Assembly (NCBI RefSeq): GCF_036321535.1
Contig: NC_087436.1
Location: 64,978,001 to 65,042,000, forward strand
Direction: 5' to 3'
Origin: Camelus dromedarius
Lineage: Eukaryota
DNA length: 64,000 bases
Part shown: in pieces, positions 1 through 14,300 of the stretch
How the letters are laid out: each line of letters opens with the position of its first letter
How positions within the stretch are numbered: position 1 is the first letter of the stretch
Notes under the pieces: generated by a model
The model's database searches: none
Seen by the model: only the letters and a program-made list of their open reading frames with translations
Told to the model about the DNA's origin: nothing
Program-made: the position numbers and the translations under genes

Positions 1-157
1 TTTGAAAATTATGTTACTAAAAATTGCTTCACTGAAAAAAATGGATAGTAAATTGGGCAAATTAGATCAATAACCAAGGAGATAGGGGAAATGATAGAAA
101 ATAAACTTTCCTGTTAAGAAATTCATACATTAAGTAGGACTTTAAGTAGTTTATTTT

Positions 158-266
158 TAGGGTGACCGTACATTCTAGTTTGCCTCTCATTCTGGTAAAC
201 TTATTAATAGCACTCTCTAATTCTCAACCATATCCCAGATTGGATGATAAATTACATTGCTCAAGC
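158..266 (+). mobile_element. hAT-Blackjack MITE, MER94-like (decayed)
   Basis: Begins TAGGGTGACC (Blackjack-type TIR); internal 'ttattaatagc...ttggatgataaattac' resembles the MER94 consensus as recalled. Confidence 0.6.
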
Positions 267-324
267 ATTATTCCAATAGTTCTCCATCATGGATGGTGAT
301 CTGAATTACCTGGAGACAGTATTT

Positions 325-575
325 TTTTTAAATTATAAAATATTTTAAATATATAAAACATAACATAAAATAACAGTAATGTATATACCCAAAATCAAAA
401 TTTGACAGTTAACATTTTGCCATTGTTTTAACTTTTCCTTTTTAAGGAAAAACACTATCACAGAGTTAAAGAATTCTCTCTCCCAGTCCCATTTTCTTCC
501 CTACCTCCCCAGAGGTAACCATTAAAAAGTTAGCATATGTCCTGCCAATATATGAATTTATATTTTGATTGTGTG
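325..575 (-). mobile_element. Ancient L1 (L1ME-like) 3' UTR fragment
   Basis: 'ttaacattttgccat' and 'cctccccagaggtaaccatt' motifs typical of antisense L1ME 3' ends. Confidence 0.5.
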
Positions 576-2304
576 TATTAAAAAATTGGACTGTAGCAAC
601 TCCCATATAGTTTAGAATAATTTATGTAAATATTATTAAAACAAACATATGAAAAGTATATGTTCTTATGGGAACATTTAAAAAGTACAGGTTTCTGAAC
701 ACCTTTCCAGTCTATTAACTCAGAATGTTTTGAGGTTGGGACAAGGAATATATATCGTTTCCCAAATGATTCTGATATTCCAACAGACTTGGGAAATTTG
801 ATTAATGTCAGATCCCAAACTAACTTACAATGTTTATTTACATTTAAATCATCTGGTTTGATGGGCTGTAGGTTCAAAATTGAATATGAGCAGTAAACAT
901 CTCTGGATCAAATATGACAACCTAAACAGGTCAGTGTTCCAGTGATCTTTTAAAATATAGCCTGGTATATTTTTCCTTTATAATACTAGTATCTTAGTTT
1001 CACATTGGTTTTCAGGGGTGAGAGAACTATGGAATTTGCATCTATTATTTCAATTTCCTAATGAAATTGCGCCAATTAAATTGTGATGGCTGCATAACAC
1101 AATATGTTAAAAATTAAATTTAAGGAACACTTACATGAATAAAAGACAATGCTGATATGTAATAGGACTTCAGGAAAGGCCAAAACATTTTGGAAACCAT
1201 TATTGGGTTCAGAGACTAAATGGGGAGAATATGCTCTTTACTGTACTGAATGAAGACGGGACGATATGGAAAGTACCAACAATGGGCTTTCAGAGTAGAA
1301 ATAATTAAAGTAGAATATAAAGTTATAAATCTAAGTAAATGGCTGATTCCTGGAATGCACTGAAAGGTATCTAATTTCAAAGAGTTTGCTAAACTTACTG
1401 AAATCCTTACTGTATTGTATATTTAACTTCCTTAATCATTGAATGTTTGGTCTCTCTTTAACCAAAACCAACTGATTCAGTGCGCTTTGATTATCTGAGT
1501 GTTTATACAGTTGTTCTTGAGCCCTAAAGCAAATTGTGGATTCATTTCATACAATGGTGCTAATGATAGAAATCAATTTAGAAGATCAACTTTGAGACAC
1601 TGCCAGAAAATTTCAAGTGACATATCTTAAACACTTACACGTGTATTTACATGAGACTTCATTGACAGATTCTCACCACCATCCTTCATCAATCAGGCAT
1701 CAATCAGAGTTAATTGGAAAGACAGAGATACATTCCCAAAATTTCATCAGAAAATTTAACAACATCACTCTGTTTCTGAAAGTTACAGTGAATTTGGCAC
1801 CTCATCTTTTTATGCAGTCTTTTGGAGTCTCAAGATAATAGAAAGGGAATAATAGAATGGATAGGATAATTTGGGAATAAATTGTGTTTGCAGTGAGCTA
1901 TCAAATAAATCATCCTCTAAGAGAGATAACAATAGAAAAAATTTTGGCTCTAGCAATTGGTTATAGATAAGCATTCAAAATGAGACAACTGGGGCTAGGA
2001 TTGATAATAGCTTGTCCATCAGGGGCAATGTTGCCAATTAATGCTAATAGAAGCATATAGAGTTTCACAATATTGCTGCTAGGCATGCTTAGAATATTGT
2101 TAACATTAACATGTGTATTCTTTATTAAACACCTAGAATGAAAAAGTGGGGAAAAATTGAATCAAATCTTCTTTATTTCAGATAAGGAAAGTTTTAACTG
2201 AGAATCATTTTTTCAAAAAGTGTTTTAGAAGAAAAATAAAGTGGTTTCACATTGCCTTTTATTCTGCAGATGGTTCTTCGTTGTGGACTGATAAAAGTTT
2301 TGAC

Positions 2305-3450
2305 CTCATTAATCTACTAATTAAATATTACAAGTGCTGGTATCTGTACGAAGCACTGGAGACTGGGTAAAACAGTTGAGGCCATTGCCCATTATAGTAT
2401 TTCACGGTGAGGGTGATGGAGGGGAATTATAGGGAGCTATGGCAACACATAAGAAAATTACTTAACTAGGTCTTGAGAGTCAGGAAATGCCTGCCAAGAA
2501 AGTTACTTAACTCTGACTTGAGGGTCAGGAAATGCTTGCCGGTAAGAGATAGCTAAATGAAGAACTGAAAGAAAGCTGAGTTAAGCTAAAAGAGTAGGGA
2601 CCAAAGGTTTAAAGTTCCTAATAAAATTAACAGCATGGGCAAAGACCTTTAATAAGGGTAATAGGCTTAAATAACTAAAGGAAATTTGCTTTGATATAAT
2701 TCTAAGAGAAACAGGGAGTAAGATCAGTTAGAAACATAGCCTATGTATCATGCAATGATAGACACTTGAATTTTATTATAGAAACTGTGAGTAGTTACTG
2801 AAGACCAGGCATGGGAGTTAGACTTGGGATTTAGAGATCCAGCTTTGATTCATTGTGGGAAATGGGTTGGATGGAAGCACAAATGAAGGCAGGGGTACTA
2901 TCAGTCGTCCAGGGAAGTCTAGCCAAGGACAGTGACCCACTAGTGAGGTAGGCAGTTTTGACAGATTTCACGGCTGTTACTGACAGATCTTGGTGATGAA
3001 CTGGATGAGGCTGTTGGTGAGGGAGTTAGAAGAATTCAGAGTAACATCCAGGTTGAATATTGCCGTCGTTAAGTGGAAATACAGTATTGTGATGCCCTTG
3101 AGGTAAAAATCATTGGAGCAGAAGATTATGAAAGAAGATAAAAAATTGAATATAAGGCAAATGTTTATGATAGGAGCTAAGCATTTGCATCTAAGATCTG
3201 ATGTTTATTGGAGTTTCTTGGGCTGGGTTTATGTTTTTGAAAGACATTAACATTTAAATACTAACTAGGATTATAGGAATGAGAGTTCTTAGTCTATAGG
3301 AAGAAGAGATGAAAGTTCAGCATGAGATTTCCTTGAGAAAACATTTAACTTAGAAAAGCATATCTCCAAAAGGAGAAGCCAGGGATGGGGAATAAAAAGT
3401 GTAAGACAGAAAATTCCAGAAAAATTAAATTAGGACATGTAGAGAAGTTT
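2305..3450 (-). mobile_element. L2 LINE remnant, highly decayed
   Basis: Purine-rich L2-like tracts ('agtcaggaaatgc', 'acagcatgggcaaagacc', 'gttactgaag'); boundaries approximate. Confidence 0.5.
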
Positions 3451-4729
3451 TTTATGGGGTGGGGCTTCTACAGAATGCAACAGATGGCACAGACAGGGAG
3501 GGATCTGTTAGATGCAGGAAGAAGCGGAATTCTGCCAGCTTAGTTTGTGTATGTGATGCTAAGATCAGAACAGGAGGCATGTAGTGATTACCTAAACTTA
3601 GGTTTTAAAAGAATTAATTCTGGTGGCTCTCTGTCAGATGAGTTTGATGTTCTGCTTTCCCACAGGTACTATATTTTCACAAACTATGTAGAATTTTGAT
3701 AAATACTAAATCTGGAGGTCTCATATGACAGAATCAATTTCATACCTCCACTGATGTGGCTGCAATATTTCAATAGCCAAAGTCTAAAGAATTTGTGCCT
3801 TTTTAAAAGATAGAGCATCATAGCAAACCCATCAGGCATCAGATTTCAGAGATTCAGATTTCGGATTTCAGAAGTCAGTCCTATCAATTTTTAAATATAA
3901 GGGATTAAATGATTTTCTTAAAAGCTATGCCCACCAATATTTTCGTATTTTTCCCTCTTATCTGGCCATAATGTTGTAAAATAGAGATTGGGCTTTTTGC
4001 TCTTTACTCTTAGCATCGTTGCTAAAATTCTATATGATATGTGAATTTAAAAATCATTATTCTTCAGTAACATGTTTTTTAAAAAAATTAATAATAATTA
4101 TCACCCAAGAATTTTTTTGTGTGTGTTATCTTTTGAGAATAATGCTGTTAGGAAATATATTGGAACTTGTTTTCCAATGAAAGTCCCATTTCCCAAAATA
4201 CGTTATGCTTGAAGATGAGATCTGCTTTAACATACAAAAGAAGAAAAGCAAAGTCTTTCAAAGAGTTTTTAAATTTTAATTTACACTTTGATCTTACATT
4301 TTCAGTTTATATTTTGAAATGTGCATGGTGGTTGACAACAAACTATACTGTAATAGCTTAAATCAAAGAACTTATTATTTCTACTATCTGAGAATTAGGC
4401 ATGAATTTTTCATTTCTTGTAAGTATATAATAAGGAGATGAAGACATTTGTATCTCCAGTTTAGTTGGTACAGCAGCAAGATTATTTAGAACTCATCTGT
4501 GAAAGTAATGAGATTCTGACAAGTATTTTCACTGAAAATTAATACTTTGTTTTGTTCTTTAGACTATTTTTATTTCCTTAAATATATTAAAAAAAAAAAC
4601 AAAACTCTCCTGTCCTTGCAAGCAGCAGTCAGGGACCACATAAAACAAGATTATATACTCATATTTAGACCCAACAAATTTATTATTTTTCTTTTTTGGT
4701 CCGTAAATTAGGGCAGACACCCACTCTGG

Positions 4730-5034
4730 CTTTCCAAATAAAAATTAAACTGCAAAGTCTCAGTTGCTTATTTTTTCTTATGCTAAGTTAGAGACAAGTT
4801 GAGCAGCCTTTTTTCATCTTAGACTACACTATATGGAACACTTGGCAGCCAGGATACTGTAAAAAGGAAGAAAAGGAATACCACTGGTGAACTGCCTAGG
4901 TCAGGAAAGAACATTCATTACTTCTACTTATGGTTCATTGACCGAAACAGGTTAAACAACTGCCACTTAATTACAAAAGAGTGGGGAAAGCAGAAGAAGG
5001 CATGAAATACTGAGCACTAATTGCCTCGGCCACA
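4730..5034 (-). mobile_element. MaLR LTR fragment (MLT1J/K/L-like)
   Basis: 'cattacttctacttatggttcattgaccgaaac...ggccaca' resembles antisense old MLT1 LTRs. Confidence 0.4.
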
Positions 5035-5199
5035 TTATGTATGGAGTTCACAGAGTAGAGGATTGAAGACCAGACTCCAGAAGGCCTGGAACCAGAGGAT
5101 CTCGGGAACCAGTCATCTCAGAGGAAAGGACTAAGTTCTTAGAGAGTGCACACCCGTCTTCTTTTTGTCTTGTTTCTTTCTTGTTTAGATCATTCGGTA

Positions 5200-8100
5200 A
5201 CTTATTTTGAATACTGTTTCCTACATTAGAATGTGAAGATATTTTTAATATTACTTTTCGGAAGGCTTTTATTTGTCTCTTTCATATTTATGCCTATAAA
5301 CTCTATGAAACTTATTTTTTGTTGACTGTGTGGTAAATGTCCAATTAATTTTTTCCTATTTAAGAATATGAGTTTCCCAGCGTCATACATTAAAAAAACT
5401 ATACTGTCTCCATTGCTCTGCAGTTCTGCTGTTAAAAAAAACCCAAGTGTTCATTTAAATATGCATAGGGCTTTTTCTAGGCTCTTTCTATTCTGTTCTG
5501 TTCCATTCCATTCCATTCCATTCTTCTATCCTTGTGCTAATAGCACACACAGTTGTACAGCTTTATAAATGTCTTAAACTCTGGCAATGTAATTTTTACT
5601 ACTTGTTTGATTTTTTTTCAAGAGTTTCTTGTCTGTATTTGGCCCTCAGACTTTCTATTTAGATGTCAGATTCAGCTTGTTCTATTCCACAAACACAGGC
5701 ATACACATTATGTTACAATGATTAAGAGTGTATTAAATCTGTAAAACCTAGGGGGGAAATCTTAAAAAATTAAATCTAATATACATGAACATAGTATATC
5801 TGGATGTTTTATTTCTATCAATAAAGGTTTACAGTTTTCTTAAAAATAAAAAAAACTTACTTATTTTTCTCATTTTATTTTACTTCTTATAACCCTTAAA
5901 CCTAAGTTAAATGGAGGTGGTAATAAAGATTAGCCTTGCCTTTTACCAGCTCTCAAGAGGAACACTACTAATTTTTATGATTTTCTATATTTTTGTAGGA
6001 TCTTATTTTTAGAGATATTCTATCAGATTAAGAAAGCTTCCTTTTATGTCAGTTTTCTATGATTTGAATGTTATCGAGTATTTCTACTTGAATTGAGATG
6101 ATATATGATTTTCCTGTTTAACCTATTAATGAAGGAAAATGGATTACAGATTCAACTTAACATTCTTGGAATTAACTGAACTTGGTTGTGATATATTGTA
6201 ATATTTTATATTACTGTTTTCAGTTTGATAATATTTTGTTTAGAATTTTTATCTTGGGATAACTTCCTCATTATCTTTTAATGACTATAAGATCTGTGGT
6301 GATGAGTTTTCCAAGCCCAATACTGTACTGTATTTGGACCTTCTCTCTTTTTCTTGTTCTCCAGTCTTACTAGAGATTTATCAATTTTGTGTTTAGTGGC
6401 TTATCTTCTTTTTCAAATAAGCTACTTTTTGCTTTGTAGATCCTATAATGTATTTGTTTTCTATTTGATTAATTTCTACTATATTCTTTTCTATTTATTT
6501 CAGTCTATTTTATTCATTTTATAATTTTGAGATGGATATCTAACTCATATTTCTCAATCTTTCCTTTTTCCTAATGTATGCAATTAAAACTATGAGTTGT
6601 CTTCTATGTATTGCTTTGGTTCATCTTATGATTTTGATATGTAGTCTGTTCATTTTCAATAACTGCAAAGTATGTTTTAATTTTCCTATTATGATTTCCA
6701 AACATTTGGACATTTTTTAGTTAACTTTTTGTTATTGATGTCTAGCAAAAGTACATTATAGCCAGAAAATAAACTCTATTTCAATCCTTTAAAATATTTT
6801 GAGACTTGATTTATAGCTCAGTACATAGTCAATTAAAAAAAAAAGATTTCATGTGTGCTTTCACAGCAGATATATTCTGCAGTTGTTCCATTATTATGTT
6901 CTTCAAATAATCTACTTTTCTCCAGTTCTTCTGTTATGTACCTAGAGAGGAACTTTGAAAGTGACTACTGTGATTATGGATTTTTCCATTTATTCTTGTA
7001 GTTAATACCAATATTTACTTTTTAATACTCAAGGATAGTTATTGGATTTTAAAAAAATGTTTATATAGTCTTGATGAATTAAACTATTATCATTATGAAG
7101 TAATCCTCTTGATTTCTACTAATGCCTTTGCCTTAATACAGACATTTACTGATATTAATGTATCTATTCCAGCTTTGTGCTATTTGTTGTTCTTTGTACA
7201 ATAAATCTTTTTCTAGCATTTATCATACAACTCTATATCCCTTATGTTTACATTAATTTAATACTTTTAGTATAATTTCTTCTCTAAACAACAGGGATTT
7301 AAAAAATACAACTGACAATCTTAAAAATTAGAATATTTAGTTCTTATAATAAATATAATTTTTGGTAGCAGACTTTACAGCTTTTTGTTACAATATGATT
7401 CTGTTTGTTCTGCCTTTTATTTCTATTCTTCTTCTTTTTTAAATTATTTTTTTCCTGCTGTAGTAAAGTTATATAGTCGTTTTCTCTTTAGTTGTTTGTT
7501 ATCATGCATATTATATGCTCTGTAACTTACCAAAACTTTAGTCTAATCAATTATTTTATTTTCCTCCTAGTATAGAAACTTTATAAATCCCTCTGCACAT
7601 GATTATACTATATTTACTATTCTCTCTCTCACACACGTATAGCTTGTTTTCCTCCCATAAAACTTCCTCTGTTATTTTGTGATGTTTGGATCTGTTGGTG
7701 ATAAATTCACTGAGTACTTTTAAAAAAAATTTTAAGTATCTTCATCTTTTCCTCATCCTTGAAAGTATCTTCCCCATATATGAAAGTTTAGGTTGTACTT
7801 ATTTTATTTCACTTGCTTGGATATATCATTTGACTATCTTTGGTTCCCATTGTTGCTTTTGAGAAGTCAGTTAGAATTCTGTTTTATTTTGGAGGTAATC
7901 TTTTTTTCTCTAATTGTTGTTAACATTATTGTCTTTTTTTTTTTTTTCTGTAGTTTTACTGCAGTGTGGTAGGTATAGATTTTGTTTCATTTACCTGCTT
8001 GAGATGCAGTACACTTCTCACCCATAATCTCATCATAAATTGCATACTGTATTTTATTCTGATATTCTAGTTAAATTCTTATTCTAGATTTTTCTCTTTA

Positions 8101-8327
8101 TCCTGTGTGTTTCTGTCTCTTTTTAATTTCCTTGTTCTAGATTTTCTCTTTATCCTGTGTGTTTCTCTTTTTAATTGCCTAGTCGTTTTTTTTTTTGGTC
8201 TCTTGGTGCTTGTTTTTAGTTAATTTCTCATTTTTCCTACTAAATTCAGTGTGTCTTCTCAGTTATTTCAATCTCTTGATAATAGTATTTATCAATTCTA
8301 GAAATTCTGTTTGATCTTTTTTTAGAT
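5200..8327 (-). mobile_element. Ancient L1 (L1M/L1ME-type) body, 3' part; interrupted by a younger L1
   Basis: T-rich decayed antisense L1 ORF2/ORF1-like motifs ('agattaagaaagcttcc', 'ttttgagacttgatttatagc', 'gatattaatgtatctattccagct', 'ttgcttttgagaagtcag'). Confidence 0.7.
8082..8180. repeat. Local tandem duplication (~50 bp x2)
   Basis: 'ttctagatttt(t)ctctttatcctgtgtgtttct...tttttaatt' occurs at ~8082 and ~8135. Confidence 0.85.
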
Positions 8328-8342
8328 CTGTCCAATCACTTT

Positions 8343-11300
8343 ATTTATTGAATTATAATTAACATACAGTAATACGTAGTTTCAGGTGTACAACATAATG
8401 ATTCAATAATGATATATATTATGAAATGATCACCACAATAAGTTTCATTACTATTAGTCACCATACAAAGTTATTAAAATATTACTGAATATACTCCCTA
8501 TGCTATGCATTACATCCTGTGACATTTATTTTACAACTGGAAGTTTTACCTATTAGCTCCCTTCACCTACTTCATTCATCCCCCTGTCCAACTGCCCTCT
8601 GGCAACTACCAGTTTGTCTCTGTATCTGAGTCTGTTTTGTTTTGTTTATTTTGTTTTTTAGATTCCACATTTAAGTGAAATCATATGGCATTTGTCTTTC
8701 TCTGTCTGACTTCTTTCACTTTGCATAATACCCTTCAGTTTCTTCCATGTTGCTGCAAATAGCAAGACTTCTCTTTTGATGGCTGAGTAATATTCCTTTG
8801 TATATATATACACCACATATTCTTTATCCATTAATCTATTGATGGACACAGGCTGCTCCCATGTCTTGGCTATTGTGATAGTGTTGTAGTGAACAGAGAA
8901 GTATGTATATCTTTTTGAATTAGTATTTTCATTTTTTTCAGATAAATATTCTGAAGTGCAATTGCTGCATTGTATGGGTAGTTCTGTTTTTAGGTTTTTT
9001 AAAAGGAAAACTCCATAGTATTTTCCATAATAGCTGCACCAGTTTCCATTTCACAAGATAATGCATGAGGGTTACTTTTTCTCCATATCCTCACCACCAC
9101 TTGGTTTCTTGTCTTTTTGGTAATAGCCATTCTGAGAGGTGTGAAATGGTATGTCATTGTGATTTTGATTTGCATTTCCCTGTTGATCAGTGATGTTGAG
9201 CATCTTTTCCTGTGCCTGTTGACCATCTGTATGTTTTTTCTTTGGAAAAATGTCTATTCAAGTTCTCTGCCCATTTTTAAATCAGGTTGTTTTTTGATAT
9301 TGAGTTGTATGAGTTCTTTATATATTTTGGATATCAACCCTTTATCAGATATATTATTTACAAATATCTTCTCATATTTAATATGCTGCCTTTTAATTTT
9401 GTTGGTGATTTCTATCACTGTGTAAAAGCTCTTTTGCTTATTTTTGTTTTTATTGCTTTTATTGCTTTAGCCTGAGGGGAGATAATCAAAAAATATTGGC
9501 AAGATTGGTGTTAAAGAGTATTCTGAGTATGTCTTCTTTTAGGAATGTTATGGGTCTAGGTATTATATTCAAATCTTTAATCCATTTGGGGTTCATTTTT
9601 TATATGGCATAAGAATGTAATCTAGTTTGATTTTTTTTTGCACATAGCTACCCAGCTTTCCCCACATAACATATTTAAGAGGCTGTCTTTTTCCTGTTGG
9701 ATATTTTTACCACCTTTTTGTAGATTAATTGCCCATAAGTGTCTGAGTTTGTTTCTAGGCTCTCTATTCTGTTCCATTGATCTATTTGTCTGTTTTTATG
9801 CTAGTACCACACCATTTCTATTACTGTCACTTCATGGGATAGTTTAAATCAAGGTGCTTGATAACTGTAGCTTTGTTCTTTTTTCTCAAGATTGCTTTCA
9901 CTATTAGAGATATTTTGTGGTTTCATATAAATTTTCAAATTATTTCTTCTAGTTCTGTGAAAAATGCCATTGGTATTTTGCATTGACTCTGTAGACTGCT
10001 TTGGTAGTATGGACATTTTAACAATATCGATTCTTCCAATCCATGAACACAATATATATTTCCATTTATTTGTGTCATCTTCTTTCCTTCCTTAGTATCT
10101 GTATAGTCTTCAGAGTACAGATCTTTCACCTCACTGGTTAAATTTATTTCTAGGTATTTTATTCTTTCTGATGCAATTATAAATGGGATTGTTTGTTTTT
10201 TTCATTTCTCTTTCTGATAGTTTATTAGTGTATAGAAATGCAACAGATTTCTGTATATTAATTTTGTGTTCTGCAACTATAAATAAATAAAATATTTAAT
10301 AAAACATTATTTAAATAAAAATTTATTAGTTCTAATAGATTTTGGTGGAAACTTTGGGGTTTTCTATTCATAGTATCATATCTGCACAGAGTGCAGTTTT
10401 ACTTCTTCCTTTCCATTTTAGATGCCTTTTATTATTTTTTTCTTACCTTATTGCTGTGGCTAGATCTTCCAATACAATGTTGAATAAAAGTGGTGAGAGT
10501 GGCATCCTTGTCTTGTTTTTGATCTTAGAAGAAAAAGTTTCAGCTTTTCGCCATTGATATGATGTTAGCTGTGGAGTTTTCATATATGGCCTTTATCATT
10601 TTGAAGTATGTTTCCTCTCTTCCCACTTTGTTGAGAATTTTTGTTATAAATGGATGTTGAGTTTTGTCAAAAGCTTTCTCAGCATCTATTGAGATGATCA
10701 TTTGATTTTAATTCTTTGCTTTGTTAATGTGGTATTTCATATTGATTGATTACAGATGTCAAACTATCATTGTATCCCTAGAATGACTCCCACTTGATCA
10801 TGGTGTATGAACCTTTTAATGTATTGTTAGATTTGGTTTGCTAATATTTTGATAAGGATTTTTGCAACTATGTTCATCAGGATATTAGCTTGCAATTTTC
10901 TTTTTTGATGATGTGTTTGTATAATTTTGATATCAGAGTAATACTGGCCTCTTAAAATGAGTTTGGAAGTACTCCTTCCTTTTCAGTTTTTTGGAATACT
11001 TTGTGAAGGATAGATATGAGATGTTCTTTAAATATTTGAAAGAATTCATCTGTGAAGCTGTTTAGACCTGGACTCTTGTTGGTTGGGAGTTTTTCATTAC
11101 TGATTTAATTTTGTTACTTGTAATTGATCTACTTAGATTTTCTATTTCTTCATGATTCGGTCTTGGAAGATTTTATATTTCTAGAAATTTATTGATTTCT
11201 TCTAGATTGTCTAGTTAGTTGGCATATATTTGTTCACAGTATTCTCTTACAATTCTTTGTATTTCTTTGATATCAGTTTTAATTTCTCTTCATTTCTGGT

Positions 11301-14300
11301 TTTATTTATTTGTCCCCTCTCTCTTTTTACCTTGATAAATCTGGCTAAATGCTAGTCAATTTTATTTATCTTTTCAAAGAACCAACTTTTAGTTTCATTG
11401 ACTTTTTTTCCTATTGTCTCTATTTATTTCTTTTCTGATATTTTTAATTTCCTTCTTTATACTCCTTCTGGGCTTTTATTATTCTTCCTAGTTCCATTAA
11501 ATGCAAATTTAGATTTTTGTTGTTGTTACTTGGGGTAGGCTTGTATTGCTGTGAACTTCCCTGTTAAAATTGGTTTTGCTGCATCCCATAGAGTTTGAAA
11601 ATTTGTGTTTCCATTTGTCTTGAGGTATTTTTTGACTTCCTCCTTGATCTCTTTGTTACTCATTGATTGTTTAGTAGTGTGCTGTTCACTATCTGCATGT
11701 TTGTGTTTTTTCCAGTTTTCTTCTTGTTATTGAGTTCTGGTTTTATACCTTTGTGGTCAGAAAAAATGCTTGATGCAATTTCAGTCTTTTAAGTTTATTG
11801 AGACTTGTTTTGTGGCCTAATACGTGATCTATACAGGGAAATATTCCATATGTACTTGAAACAGATATATGTTTTGCTGCTTTTGGATAAAATGTTCTGT
11901 ATATATCTCCATCTTGTCTAATGTGTTATTTAAAACTGGTGTTTCCTTACTGAATTTCTCTAAGTGATATATCCACTGATGTAAGTGGGGTATTAAAGTT
12001 TCCTAGTACTATTTTATTGCTATTTCTTCCTTTAAGTCTGCTAATATTTGCTTTATATATTTAGATACTCCTATGTTGGGTGCATAAATGTTTACAAATA
12101 CTATATCCTTTTATTGGATTGACCTCATCATCATTATGTGATGTCTTTGTCTTTTATTACAGTCTTTGTTTTAAAATCTATTTTGTCTGGTATGAGTATT
12201 ACTACTCTAGCTGTCTTTTCCTTTTTAAATGCATAGAATATCTTTTTTCATTCTTTCACTTTCAGTCTTTGTGTGTCTTTAGATCTGAAGTATGTCTCTT
12301 GTTGGCAGCATATGGATGAGTCTTTTTAAGAATCCATTCAGTCACCCTTTGTCTTTTGATTGGAGTATTTAGTCCATTTACATTTAAAGTAATTATTGAT
12401 AGGTGTGTACTATTGCCATTTTCTTCATTTTTTTCATGGTGTTTTTGTAGTTATTCTCTGTTCCTGTCTTCTTTTCTTGGTTTCTCCCCTTGTGATTTGG
12501 TGAGTTCCTATAGTATTTGGATTCCTTTATGTTTATATTTTGTGTGTCCATTGCAGGTTTTTGATTTGTAGTTACCATGAGGTCATATCTATCTATATCT
12601 ATATATCTATATCTATTTCTATATCTGAAGTCTATTTTACACTGATAAATTTAGAATGCATTCCAAAAGCACTACATTTTTACTCCACCCTCTCCACATT
12701 TTATGTTTTGACATCATATTTTATATCTGTATTTTGTGTATCCCTTAACTACTTATTTTAGTTAAACTTGATTGTACTACTTTTGTCCTTTAACCTTCAT
12801 ACTAGTATTTTAAGTAGCTGATCCACTGCCTTAGCTATATATTTATCTTTATCAGTGAGATTTTTCACTCATATATTTTCTTATTTCTAGTTGTGACCTT
12901 TCCTTTTCCCTTTAAAGAAGACACTTTAACATTTCTTCTAAGGCCAGTATAGTGGTGATGAACTACTCTAGTTTTTGCTTGTATGGGAAATTCTTTATCT
13001 CTCCTTTAATTCTGAATGATAACCTTGATGGATAGAGTTTCCTAGGTTATAAGTTTTTTTTTTTTTCCTTCTAGCATTCCTGCCACTCCCTTCTGGTCTT
13101 TAAAGTTTCTGCTGGAAAAATCAGCTGATAGCCTTAAGAGGGTTGCCTTATATGTGACTCATTGATTTCTCCTTACTGCTTTTAAAATCATTCTTTAGCT
13201 TTAATTTTTGCCGTTTTAATTTTACTATATTTGGTGTGCATCTCTTTGGATTAATCTTGTTTGAAACTTTGTTTTTCTTGGAGCTGCATGCTGCTTGCTT
13301 CTACAGGTAGAATGTTCTCAGCCATTATTTCTTCAATTAAGTTATCTGTCACTTTCTCTCTTCTCTTTCAAGGACCCCTTACGGTACAAATGCTAGTATG
13401 TTTGATGTTGTTTCAGAGGTTCATTAAACTATCCTCATTATTTTTTTTTTCTTTTTGCTGTTCTGATTTGGTTGATTTTCACTATCTTTCTGTTTGATTT
13501 TCCATTCTTCTGCATAATCTAATCTGCTGTTGATTTGTTCTAGTGTATTTTAAAATTTAAGTTATTATGTTTTTCATCTCTTATTGGTTCTTTCTTATAT
13601 TTTCTAATACTTTATTGAAGTTCTCACAAGTACATCCATTCTTCTCCCAAATTCAGTCAACATCTTTATGACCCTTACTTTAGACTCTTTAATCAGAAAA
13701 ATTACTTATCTCTGTTTTATTAGAGTTTTATCTTTCTTTTTTCTTTGGAACATATTTCTCTGTCTCTTCACTTTGCCCTTCTGTGAGTTTTTTTTTTCCC
13801 CTATGAATTAGGTTTAACAGCTACATTTTCCAATCTTGAAAGAGTGGCTTTGTGTGAGAGTGTCCATGAAGCTGTGTGCACTGGGCATGTTTGATAGGGT
13901 GCCTGGAACTGGAGCAAGCTGTGAGCTGTGGGAGTCTCAGAGTACTTCAGGTTGAAGGCACCTTTGAAATAGGGCTGGAGCTGGAACAGGCATAGGCTGG
14001 AAGGAATCCTGGGGCATGCTGTGCCATGACTGCCTTGGTGGGTTGGCTGGGCCTGGAGCAGGTGTGAGCCAGGATCTGTCCTGGGGTACACTGCACTGGG
14101 GCTCTCATGGCAGAATGGCTGAAGCTGGAGTGTGGGCTGAAGGGAAGTGAAGGCTGTTCTAGAGGGACTCAAACATTGGTGCTTACCAGTGCCTCTGACC
14201 CCAGAGAGTTACAGCAGTTCCTCTCCCATTTGGCAGATCCTCTAAGGCTAGTGATTAGATTTCCTTCTGTATAGTTTAAATTCTGTTTAAACTGCTAGTT

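Noticed and set aside
1339..1362. Plus-strand peptide WLIPGMH resembling bornavirus N 'LLIPGLH'
   Set aside because: Short match with no collinear flanking similarity.
2270..2339. Plus-strand exon candidate (DGSSLWTDKSFDLINLLIKYYKCW) after a strong acceptor; would join exon 24803 in phase 2
   Set aside because: Its 3' half appears to overlap the end of an L2 element and the donor (gtatct) is weak; not supportable without an alignment.
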